Positions 26,597-38,434 of a stretch of DNA of 64,000 nucleotides are shown here, piece after piece. The position numbers and the translations under genes are program-made. Source of the DNA: Lingula anatina (lineage: Eukaryota > Animalia > Brachiopoda); the NCBI GenBank assembly GCA_051362555.1, contig CM120643.1:23502848-23566847 (forward strand), read 5' to 3'. Every line of letters starts with the position of its first letter. The stretch's first letter is position 1. The notes beneath the pieces were generated by a model. It saw only the letters and a list, made by a program, of their open reading frames with translations. It made no database searches and was not told the origin of the DNA.

Positions 26597-26733
26597 TTTT
26601 TACACCTGTCCTGCTTACCTCTGTGTCTCAGCTAACTTCTGGTATTCACACAAGCAGCATCTAAACGAAATCTGAAATCATCATGCTTATATATGTCCAT
26701 GCATCCTATATATAAATTGTAGGTGCCGTCTGG

Positions 26734-26735
<2 letters not shown>

Positions 26736-26808
<73 letters not shown>
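26736..26808. repeat. (TA)n(TG)n compound microsatellite
   Basis: Direct read; absent at the equivalent site in copy 1. Confidence 0.95.
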
Positions 26809-26809
<1 letters not shown>

Positions 26810-28699
26810 TGTTCTCAGCCAATCTTGATCAGCAACGATAATTTTATAAACAGCATGCGGGATCGGAGAGACGAAGATAATCTATGAAATGACAGAATGA
26901 GGGGGACAGAGAGTGTATCAATTTCCCAAATTAAATGCCAAATGAGGATTCTGACTAGCTATATCGACCAGGAGCTTGTCTCAGAGAAAAGTTTCCACTT
27001 TTTTGGCTTCTCTTACCTGACTATAAAATTAGGTAACCGACAACCCTCGTAGTCTATAAGGTGCCTGTAAGTATCGTTTCAAAACGATTTTCATAATTGC
27101 GCCTGTAATTTGTTTAATTGTTTTATTTTAAAAGGTTTAAAATAATAAAAAATAAAGATCCCTAACCACTCAAAACGTACTAAATTTTCGTACTTTGTCA
27201 GCAAAAAGCATGACTCTTTCTCCCTTCGGAACAATTTTCTTCTAACCAAAAGGAAAGTTATAAGGGTAATTTGACCTTGACATTTTTAAAGGGACTGGCT
27301 TGACTTCTTAGCAGTATTCATTAGTGTCCTCCTAACTCTCCTATGATATTAACAGACAGAGATACAAGAGCGTAGGCGTCAATATTACTGTCCCTGTTGC
27401 CTGGCCAACTCACCACAATGATATGAAAAAGTTCCAATCAAAATGTTCAAATCATGGCATAATAGCAAGAGTAAATGGACGTAAAAGAAACTACTTTGGA
27501 ACATTTGAAATTTATATCACTCCAAATATTTTACACTTGCAAAAATGGAATAGTATGTTAATTTCTTAGGGTGTGCTCCGGCCAAACCTTGTATGGACTA
27601 TAAATTCAGTTTTGCAGTGTTATTCAACAATTGTTTTAGGAACAGTGCATAAAGGTATATTTGAATAGACTTTTGGCACCACTATCCAGACTTAACTGAG
27701 GTTATTTATGAAACACGACATAATCTGCTAGCAATATTCTCAGCAATTTTCGCTCAGACAGGCATTAGATTGAGTCGTGTGGCGAATGCTGGAGATATTT
27801 CTTGATTGCTTCTTTAATCCGCTTATAACTTCCACAACCGTGGCCCTAATTATAAACCAGTACTGCTTATTTATCAAATGTTGCCATCAAGTGTTACCTT
27901 TAAAGGATTCTAGCCACGTAAAAGCCATTTCTCGAATTTTAAAGATTCAGCACTCAATCCTTACACTAGAGATTTGTTTTAATCGATCCCCACCTTTAAA
28001 AAGTATAAACACAATCTATTGGTAGAAAAAAGCGTTTTAGTAAACCTCACCTCAATATGCAAAAATGAGGCAACAGATCTGGGTCAGCTGAGCTGCATGC
28101 TGAATACAGACAGGGAAGTTTAAGGAAGTTGTGTTGAACGGGGTTGGGCAATTTTTGTTATGCCTCAGTGTGTTGCCGTGGGATTTACAAAAAAGCAGCA
28201 CTCGTTGACAATTTTCTTTCTTTGTCTGTGACGGTCTTCCATGACTTATTTACTTCGGTGACAATAGATATGATGCTCGAGATTATGGTCGCCTCAAGTG
28301 GTTTAGATCATATGATATCAAAGTCTTATAGTCTTTTGAATTAACTGTCATCAGTTGACAAGCTTACTAATTGCATTTTAAATCCATGGTAGTTGACCAA
28401 GAACTCGTTAACAATAAAACCTGTTAATTACGCCCTGCCGCGCTTCCCAAGCCAGGTAATAACAGGTGACTTAACTTGCCAGATTCTTGGTGGGCTTTAA
28501 TATTTTTTTCAATTTATCTCTTTTATTTCATGGGTTAATGTTATTGGTATTTTTAAATGACGTTTAATATAGATATTTAAACAATTGAGTTCAAACACGG
28601 TCGCGAACATTAATGAAAGTGATTGCTCTCAGGGTATCCTGAAGCATGCGTATGCCCAGGTATTACTTCCTTGGAAGAAAACGTGGTTGAGGAAAAACT

Positions 28700-29420
28700 A
28701 AAAAAAGAGAGGTAATATTAAAGAAAAAAATAATGGGAACTGGGTAATTTGAGTACGGAATGAACTGGAGACACTTGGCTTAATTTTGTCATTCATTTTT
28801 CACGAAAACATGTCAGATATTTTTATACTGTCCTTGACAGAGTAAAGATTGAAAGATTATTTTAGACAAACATTGACCGGGGAAATATCCACAAGGATTA
28901 AAAGGCTATTGTACCAACATCTTGTTGATAATTTTACAGTGCAATTCTATTTAAATAAGCTAATTTCACATAAATATAAGGAATTAATCGCCAAATTTTT
29001 ACTTTCGTCACATAACCTAGCTGTAGAAACTGGAAAGTAAACAGACACAAATAAAAATTAAGAACCTGTAAACTATGTATTTTAGATGACATCGAGTATG
29101 AATTTCATTTTATTCTTTTAAAAATTTTAAAAATGTCTTTGCTACAGAACGATTAAGCAGAAATACATCAAAAATGTATTAAACAAAGCAAAGTGTTTTC
29201 AAGCTAATTAAATTGTTATCACTTAACAATATTCCACGATTAAACAACTTATGAAAGTACTTAAAATGATCGGAGCTAAAATGAACGTCAGTCTGATGAG
29301 TTTTTATCATTACAACTGGTAGTTGTATTGTTGTTGTTTTTATGACTATATTTCAATTGCATTTCATTCTGATGAGCCGTAGGGCGCAAGGGTTTAATGA
29401 ATTGAAATGAATTGAATTTC
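28700..29420 (+). mobile_element. Degraded 3' end of a non-LTR retrotransposon (CR1-like LINE ORF2)
   Basis: IAKFLLSSHNLAVETGK, then frameshifted CKLCILDDIEYEFHFIL, a motif set typical of LINE ORF2 C-termini; ends in a (TTGAA)n-like tail near 29395-29420. Confidence 0.7.
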
Positions 29421-30952
29421 ACAAATAACATGGACCTCATATCGAATGATCAAAAGTAGCCTCAAGTCATTCGAATGCAGTATTTTATGGTAGTTGGGAT
29501 AACCATAATTAAATGTTAGTTAAAGAATTGAATAATCGGGAAAATAGCTTCACACGGCTTCACGAGGATGTAGACCCCTCGGGTATAAGATTTGAATGAG
29601 TATGAACTATTATCAGGAGTTAGAAAAGTAATCTTACATGTAGACAATGCAGCTCAGTTAAGTTTGACAGCTAAATACGATGCTTGGCTCACTCCTCCGG
29701 TGGCACGATTGTCGTCATCGGACCACGTGACCACGTAGCTCATTAACTCCCAGGCCGAGCAAGAATGACGTTCTTTAAAGCCCAAAATTTGCCAAATGAG
29801 CTTTTAATTTGTGTATTTGGATAAAGATATCGTTAGTTGGGCATGTTTTCTGAAGAATATGCTCCGTTCAGGCCATTCCGACGATCTGACGAGAAACCTT
29901 TAATATCTTGTGTTAGTCTTTAAGACTAAAAACGGGATTTTGCATTTTTATTGACATACTGTAGGTATAACATTATATCAAATTTTTACCCTACACAAAG
30001 TATCCTCTCAATGCATAACAATATACTTTTTTCTTTGCATTTCCTCAATTCAACAGTTTCAAAATAGGACATAAATCGAGTGAAATAATATGCTTAAATA
30101 ATTGTCAGTGCGAAAAATCACTTTTGTTATATTTAACAACTTCCACGGTTGCGGCTCTCAAAGCTAAATTCAATTTTCACTTGCAATTTGCTCAAAAGCA
30201 AGAATCTGGTCATCACCAATGTAATGATCAAAAGTTGCAGTTTATACTGGGTACAGGCCCAAATCTATTGCTGGATCAGCAGGAGTAAATGTATAAACAA
30301 TCAATAAAGAACAAATGAAAAAATTAATTAATAAATAAGGCTATTCTAAGAAGAGCCAAAGACTATTCTTCTAGGTAATAACCATGATAAGCCTTCCTAG
30401 AAAGTGAAACAAATCCGTAATTAGTTGCTGTATTATAATCCGCATTACATTAATCATCTTGCATCTTATAACACGAAAGGAAATGCCAATAACAACTTTG
30501 CTCTCATGCAGATTAAACAAATCTCATCCGGCTCTACAAAAACAAATATTTACACAGACGACCCCGAGTGATCCACAGACGAATGTCTCTGGTTATTTTG
30601 GTATGTCTTTATTTACAAAACTGTAGTTGGGGGGGGGGGGCAGAAATGGGTGTAACTCTCATGAGAAAGCTTCATCACGCTCCTCAGTCATGTCGAAATA
30701 TGGAAGCTTCCAGCCCAATAGCAACGACATTTGAGCCAGCTATCTTGACAAAATGTGTTCTGGGGCTGGTTATAATTTCTAACTCTCCGCTTTGACGAAA
30801 CAAAAAGCTTCCTAATTTGTTCTTTCAATTTTACTGAAAAAGTTTTGAAAATGAATGTTTGATGAAGAAAAAATTAGTTAAGATACCATCGATTAATCGT
30901 TACGGAAGAACATATGGGCTTGCCATACCTCCTAAGATCATATACTGATATA

Positions 30953-32369
30953 CAACATTGGTCAAAAAGGTTGTCCCACCCCCATTTCCATGTACTTTTA
31001 TTTACAAATGATCACCTCACAGCTGTAAAATGTTATGGATAGTGTTTTTTATTACAGATACCGTGTCTAACATGGTTAATGGTTAAAAAAATACAAAATA
31101 GTGGTGAAAATATATATATTTTATACCATTTAGTAAAATTGATAAGAGGTACCCCCTCAAATCCATTGTTTTACTGTGACTACTACAGATGTAAAGAAAT
31201 GTCTATAAAATTGAAAAGACGCCATCAAATTCACACACAATTAGCATTAGGGTGTGCATTAGGGTGTTCATGTCACAGTTGATTCGTAAGATTAATATCA
31301 GGGCTCAAAGACGGTGGTTCCATCCTTAGAGCATTGTGTTTCTTCAACAAACACTTGCCAGGCGAGAGGTGTGAACAAGTGTGCAGTCATGATAAAGCCT
31401 AGAGTTAACCCCAAAGTCAGTTCTTGAAGAATTCTACGTTCAGTGATCCCAAAGGCACCTGAACCTGGCCATCCATCACTGGAAGGAAGTCGATTTTGAT
31501 GCAGAATCAAATTATTTCTTGCATCCCATCGATGGTCAAAGAGGGTCCATAGGCATGTTAAAGAATGCCTCTTGGAAGAGTGTGTGTGTAGGATAATATC
31601 GCCTGAGGTGTTAGATCAGTCCGCATTTGGAGAACATTCCAAGCCCATGGTATTAGTACATTGTTCCTTTTGGAACAAAACGTAACAGAGGCATTTTAAT
31701 GTAACATTCTCAACAGAAATCTCACTCCATTTGCAAGAGGTGACTTCAGGGATGCTACTGGCTTCATTGTGACAACGCACTTGCTCACAGCTCTCGTCTG
31801 GCGCACGATTTGTTGCAGAAACACAGGGCTCTTTGAGTCCTGATATTAATCTTACTGAGCACCTGCGGCATGAATGGGAACGTGCATTGCAGAGGAGAAC
31901 CAATCCCCAAATAATCTTGACCAATTCCGCCACGCTCTTTAGGATGAATGGGACAATATCCCACATAACAGAATTGTTACCCATGTTGAAGGCTTGTCGC
32001 GCCGTCTACAGGAGATAATTGCAGTACGCGGTAGACGCACACGCTGTTAGGCACGTGATCTTTAACGAGCACACCCTTATGCTAATTGTGTGTGAATTTG
32101 TTGACATTTGATGGCGTCTTTTCAATTTTATAGACATTTCTTTACATCTGTAGAAGTCACAGTGAAACAGTGGATTTGAGGGGTACCTCTTATAAATTTT
32201 ACTAAATGGTATAAAATGTGTATATTTTCACCATTTTAACCATTAATCATGTTAGACACGGTATCTGTAATAAAAAGCACTATTTCTAACAGTTTACAGC
32301 TGTGAGGTGATCATTTATAAATAAAAGTACATGGAAATGGGGGTGGGACAACCTTTTTGACCAATGTTG
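30953..32369 (+). mobile_element. Tc1/mariner DNA transposon with ~300-bp TIRs and degenerate transposase
   Basis: TA|caacattggtcaaaaaggttgtcccacccc ... ggggtgggacaacctttttgaccaatgttg|TA. TIRs ~30953-31258 and ~32069-32369. Remnants SPDINLTEHL (cf. Tc1 SPDLNPIEHLW) and GLSRRLQEIIAVRGRRTRC* (cf. Tc1 C-terminal GGxTxY). Confidence 0.92.
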
Positions 32370-33538
32370 TATATACTGGCCAAAACTTAAAATGCAACAC
32401 ATACAATTTTGAAATATTTGGTGTACATATAAACCTTTCACTCTCACGATCGATCCCAGATTCGTTGGTCTGGTCTAAAACTTTACGTAAGTGTGTGCGA
32501 CAGAAACCAAGTCAACCACAAGGATAAATCAACGCTGGTATATTTAACAACTGACCAAGATTCATTACAAATTCTTTCTTTTATACAACTTTCTTTTATC
32601 GCTACGATCTTATGCGGATTTTCTGTTGCAGGTCCGTGTCCAATCAGCGCGCCATAAGTTAATTGTTTCCAATTACATAATTACGTTGTCGGGAGCGTCT
32701 CTTGATCTCTGGGCGCTCCCGACATATTCCTTCATTTTTCCCGGAAAAAAAATATACATATATAATTTTTTTTCATTACGTTTAGGTGACATTTACTTTA
32801 TATTTTATTTACAATCACCTTCATACAAAGAAGATCCCTATAAACAGCCCCGTGTCGATTAAATCGAGGGAATTACACATGTGCCCTGCATCCGATCTCG
32901 ACAGCGTCACTGCATTACATGTTATCAGAATGGTACACGTGCCAGTTTGAAGCTGGCTTTTCAGTGTGCAAAAGAAGCCATTCGTGTGTGAGACGTCATC
33001 AGTTAGTGGGTATGGAAGCAGATCGCTATCGATGTATAATTTTCACGCGGCATTTTAAAGTCGTCTGATAAAAATCGATCTCTGAAGTTTCAGCGTAACG
33101 AACGTTACATGGGACACGGTGAAGAAAAATCGACCTTGATGAGCAAGAAATGTGAAATTTTTAAGAAAACTGATATTAGCATGGACTTCGTGACACAAAC
33201 TAACCGACAGACTACTTTGGACGATTGAAGAGTTTTAATACGGAAAGATAGGATTAGATGAAATTTTCATAGGGGTGGGACACGGCATGTAACGTAAGTT
33301 ACGGTAATTTTGTGATAATTTTTCAGTGACTTCAAATGAATTTTTATTTAAATAACCATTTGCACATTTTGTTTATTATATCTATTTGCAGTAGGTGTAT
33401 TTCCTGCTTCAATAACCCATTCAAATCCTAAACAAACTGTTCCTATATAGAGGTAGGGTAGGGTGCTTTTTCTTTTATTTTGCTTTTATAACAGCATCCT
33501 CCTTGCTCATGCAGATTCTTTGATTTGATATTGAGACA

Positions 33539-33764
33539 TAGACCCCATTCCCAGAGATTAGATCGATCCAACTAGATCGACCTACATGTAACTCCCTGGG
33601 GGGTTCACGCTAAATAGCTGTCAGCCGAGCGGGCACGAAAGTTAATTACCCCCTTACAGCTTGTAGTAGGCGGGACGGACATTTAAGCCGGATTATCTGA
33701 CAGTAATCTAGTGAGACTCCCCACGAGAATAGATCGATCTAAAATCTATGGGAATGCGCCCATA
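33539..33764. mobile_element. MITE-like element with imperfect terminal inverted repeats
   Basis: cattcccagagattagatcgatc on the left pairs with gatcgatctaaaatctatgggaatg on the right. Confidence 0.55.
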
Positions 33765-35995
33765 CACAACGATGTCATGTGAATTTGGTCGGCTATCTAA
33801 ATTTAAATTACATTCTTGTTATGGCCCCCCGCAGTGCACCACTAGCAAAGAATGACTGAATTTTAAATCACAAAACATTTAAACAGTTCAAACAACACTG
33901 TGAAAACAGGTTTTTCTCTTCTCTTAATGTATACATCTAACTGCTTACCATCCATTTTCGAGTTATAATTTCTATTCGCTCCCTTCAGCCATCTTTTTTT
34001 CAGTTCCTTTATGTGTCTTGTAGGAATATCTGTTATCCAGACCCCTCTTCTGCCTGCTTATATTATGTCTGTATTCCACATTGTCTTCAAGTTTGTGTCA
34101 AAATCTACTGGCAATATATGAGGGGGATGACACCTCAAATTTCGTACTAGTTGCGGACATGGTCCTATATAGTAAAGTGTTCAAATTAATCAAAGTAATT
34201 CAGAGTGTGAATGGTTTGATAGACAATACCATAATTTTTTTTTTTTTTTTAGAATTTTAACAAAAATTAAATTTAGGGTGTGTGTTAATTGGAACTTTGC
34301 AAAAAAAAAAAAAAAAAAAAAAAAAAAGAATAAATAAATAAATAAATAATATCGCCTATATACACTTAAAATATATCCCAATAACATAGGAAATTAGGCT
34401 AGCGCCATGATTATCTCCACTACCTCTGCAATCAGCTGAGCTGCCCTCGATTAACGCGAAAAGATGGACACTGAAACATTGGAGTGCAAAAAATTTTTGT
34501 TTGAGCAGTTGATTAAAAAAGGTTTTGTCTAACTGAAGATTGTAGTACAGCTAATGCAATTATTTAATTACCTGATAACTTTATACTGTTTGTCAAACAT
34601 TGAAAGACTTTTGAAATTTTATTAATAATTTTATAAAAAGTTTTTTTAAAAGAAAGTCAATGTCAATGCCGACAGGTATGGACTGTTATGTTCCAATCAA
34701 ATATCAACCGAACATAAAATGTTTTTATTCCATTCCATTCAAATAAGAACAAAACGCATTCTTAGATATGCCCCGATGTTCCCCATCAAGAAAAAGAGAG
34801 AGAAAATACATAAGTTCTTAGATAAAATACAACTGTAAGGCCTATATTACATTTACCATGGACGCCCTGCGATGAAATCGTATAAGATTTTCGGTACGAT
34901 TTTTGGACATCGTAGGGGGTTACGGGCTGCAGTGAGTACGACTACACAGCATACGGTCACCGCGCCGTTTCACTCACATGATCTTGTGGTCAGGTCGTGA
35001 AAGATCAGTTTTTGGTTGAAAAGTGATCACACGGAGCCTTTCTACCATGTCTGACGCCCAGTGTCCGTTGCCTGCATTGCTTTTGATAAATTGTCGGTGC
35101 AGCCGCCCTGCGTATTTGACAACTCCCGCCGTTATAACAAGGGGGACGCACATCTTCAATCTCAGGTAGTTTTTCGTACATTTTACTATTATTATTATTA
35201 TTATACCTCTTAAAACCAACAAAGGGGGAGGGAAAGAGAAGTAAAAAAAAAAACAGTATGAGGAGGTTGATCTAAAGGGATCAGTAGAGAGGTCCACTGA
35301 GCCAGGTCAAGATGAAGGTGAAACTGAGAAATCCGTTAACGACACCGAAGTACAATTCTTTGACGACCGCCCTTATTTCTACGATAAATCACGCGAAAAA
35401 TGGACAAACAAAGAATATAAAGGCGTTAAGGCGTTTGATGAGAGCATCGGATGGTCCTGTAAGCATTTCTTTAAACTTAATTTGTAAGTTTGATTTAAAA
35501 GTGAATATAGATATTTATGTTGTTTTCTGTCCATTTATCATTTTTTTCTTGATATCAATATTGCAGCATGCATTCCTTAAGTTTTTGACTACTCACGATT
35601 GATATGATCCATGATAAATTTTATTTGTAAAATTTTGGTATATGTCTCAGTGTATATTTTACATTTAATAATGAATTGATTGATTTAAGTAAGCACAAAT
35701 ATTTTATCGTTGCTGTCTGTGTTTGTTTTGCAGTTGCAAATATTTCACGTAAATGAAAAAAATTGAAGGACAGATTTTGGAAAACTAAAACGATGTGAAG
35801 GAAAAAGTGGACAAAATGCCCTAAAAACAAGCCTGTAAATTTGGAAGCTCTAACGTTTGTCATTTTTTTTTCTTTTCTTTTCTTTTGTCACCCTTCATTG
35901 TCCATAGATCTGAAAAAGGCATTGAAATGGGAAGGGTAAGCATTTCGTATGGTAATATGGATTGCGTGTTTCCCATTTTTATTAATTTTTTTCGA

Positions 35996-36024
35996 TGTTG
36001 TTGTTGTTGTTGTTGCTGCTGCTG
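35996..36024. repeat. (TTG)n/(CTG)n microsatellite
   Basis: Direct read; produces a spurious polyQ ORF. Confidence 0.85.
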
Positions 36025-36614
36025 TTTTAATACTTTAATACTCTTCCATTGATGATGAACCCTTACCTGCACTGTGTACAAACCAGGAGGAATGCCAGCC
36101 AGGGACCAGTTACTCTGTGTGTACAAAGAGAAAAAAGAAAACATGCAACAAAGGCAGAAACGCGGCGGTGGAGATATCAGCACCGTGTTGTCAAAGATGC
36201 TAAAACAAAAACCGCTAGAAGGACAATGAGCTGTCATTGAAGGTATAAAAACTTTGTCATGATTTTTTAAGGTCCATGTACATATATACAGGGTTACTTC
36301 TTAATATGGAATATTATTTTTTGCCGGGTTAATTTTCTACAAAATAATCATTTTCTCTCTAACTACTTTAAATCCAAAACTGAGGTATCACTCCATGTGT
36401 AGCCAGGTGTGTTACCTAATTACCACACAGCTCTCGAAGCAACTGATGCATGCAGTTGCATGTTCTGTGGTCAGAAATGTGAGGGGTGGTCTTTTCGGCA
36501 ATTTCTGCCCTTGTATAAAAACGCATGGGTTTAGGCAATCTTTGGGGTGTGTTTAGAGAAGCAACAAAGGGATCGCTCTGAAACTTGACAGGTAGGGCCT
36601 ACATTAGAGAAGAT

Positions 36615-36995
36615 ATGGTTCGACAGCTAAGCAACGCAGCTTACTATGGGATTCTTGCTCCAAGAGAAAATGGCCAGAAACGGACAGCCATTGCCATGCA
36701 ATGCAACATTTATCAGGAACCGTTAGTAAAGTCCTTCAAAGAAATGCTATAACAGGGGCACCTACTCCAAGACCTCAACCAGGGTATCCGCGTATCACAA
36801 CAAGAGGACAGGATCGCCTTCTCCTTAGAGTGTGCCGTGTTGGTCATACGAACACAACCAGTGTCCTCAGAAGAGAGTGGCAGAATGTCATTCAAACGCT
36901 CGTTTCAAGGTCCCTCGTGAGCAAGAGATTACTTCAAGCCGGTTATTTTGCACGAAGACCAGTACGTTAACCACTCCCAGCAGGCATAAGGCAGG
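36615..36995 (+). pseudogene. Tc1 transposase N-terminal (paired-like HTH) half
   Basis: GTVSKVLQR..G...PRPQPGYPRITTRGQDRLL...VSRSLVSKRLLQAGYFARRPVR, with a frameshift and stop. Confidence 0.85.
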
Positions 36996-38434
36996 TTGAT
37001 ACGTTGAATTGCCGTTGATCTACCTAAATTCAACGTAAAATCAACGTTGATCCAGCTACGTCAAAACAACGTCATAATGTGACGTTGACTCAACGTTGTA
37101 TTTTGGTCATTGACACAACCTTGCAGACATGGATTGTAGTTTAAAATATAAATTTTTGAAAACGTGACACTTTGTTGATCAATACTGTAACTAACTTTAT
37201 CAAAATAATGAAAAAAGTGTTTTAAAGTAAAGTGACAGTTGTTTTGTGTCTTTAGTGAACAAGTGAATTTTCTTAACTTGTTATTCAGAAATACATTCCA
37301 ATAAACTGAATTCCTTGCAAGGTCAGCTAACACTAGGATGAATAAGTTGCTGTAAATGTGATGGAGTGAAGTTAATAAAGTTGACAGTTCTCGGTACCCT
37401 GTTATAAATAGACAGGTTGAGGTGACTGTGTCTTTGTTATATATATATATATATAAAACCCTTAATGAATTTATACACATCTATAAATATGCTACTGTGC
37501 TAAGCTTAATACATTGTATATCTGAAGACCATTAAGTCGGAGCACAGATGTTTTTTTTTATTGAAAGGGTGTAAGAAAGCAAGGTCCCCCCCCTTCCCAA
37601 CACAGCCCCTTCCTACCACAACCCCCGTTGACACACCCCGAACCCAACCCACCTCCCTAAAATGTATTCGCTGTTCGACTTACCGCTATTAATATGCATC
37701 TTTGATTGTATGAACAACATTAAAGTTTTATCTAAGCTATCATATTTTATTGTTTTAAAACAAGCTACAAGAAATGCTGAAAACAATTCAATACATATAA
37801 TTTCACAGAAAAAAATTAAGAAAGATGGAGAAGAGGAAAACAAAAAATCAGTATTAGGGGATCTTTGTCTCTTTAACCGTGTATAACAACTTTACTTTCG
37901 ATGCCAACTTACAACTGAAGCCATTTACAAACTACCAATACCGGTCAATTAACTTATATCTTTTATATAAAAAAGTCTACATTTGATATTCAAATTTTAT
38001 AATGTTTGACCTTGGAGTTTGGACCCATCAAAATATAGACATAGCCGTTAGCATACTTGGGTCTGGGCACATCCACGTCAATATAAAGCCACTTACATAT
38101 GTTTAAAGGCAAGTTTATGTTTGGAGCCAAAGCACTGATATACGGCAATTACGGCGCGGTTTCCATGGACAAAATAGACAAAAAATCTACGGTGATATCC
38201 GACCATGCACTTCGTGGATATGCAGTATATCCGTACAACCCAGGAAACACAGAACGTTTTTATAACATTATCATAACGTTAATATGACCCTTCCCCCCCC
38301 CCCCCCCCCCCAAACAAACAAAAAAAAAAAGTTCTGTGTTTGCTTGGAAATCATTAATCACGCCTCATCAACCAGTTGAAATGCCGACGCCTGAGGACCC
38401 TGGGTGTCCAATATGTTCTCCAGATTGCCTTAGG

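Larger units (their letters stand above)
18003..26960. repeat. Segmental duplication copy 2 (contains GPCR 25499-26596)
   Basis: Near-identical colinear blocks with copy 1, plus extra segments at 22674-23045 and ~23080-25485. Confidence 0.9.

Noticed and set aside
33109-33228. Short ATG-initiated ORF (MGHGEEKS...) in a CpG-richer stretch with a nearby GTAAGT
   Set aside because: About 40 codons, stops before the donor, no homology recognised.
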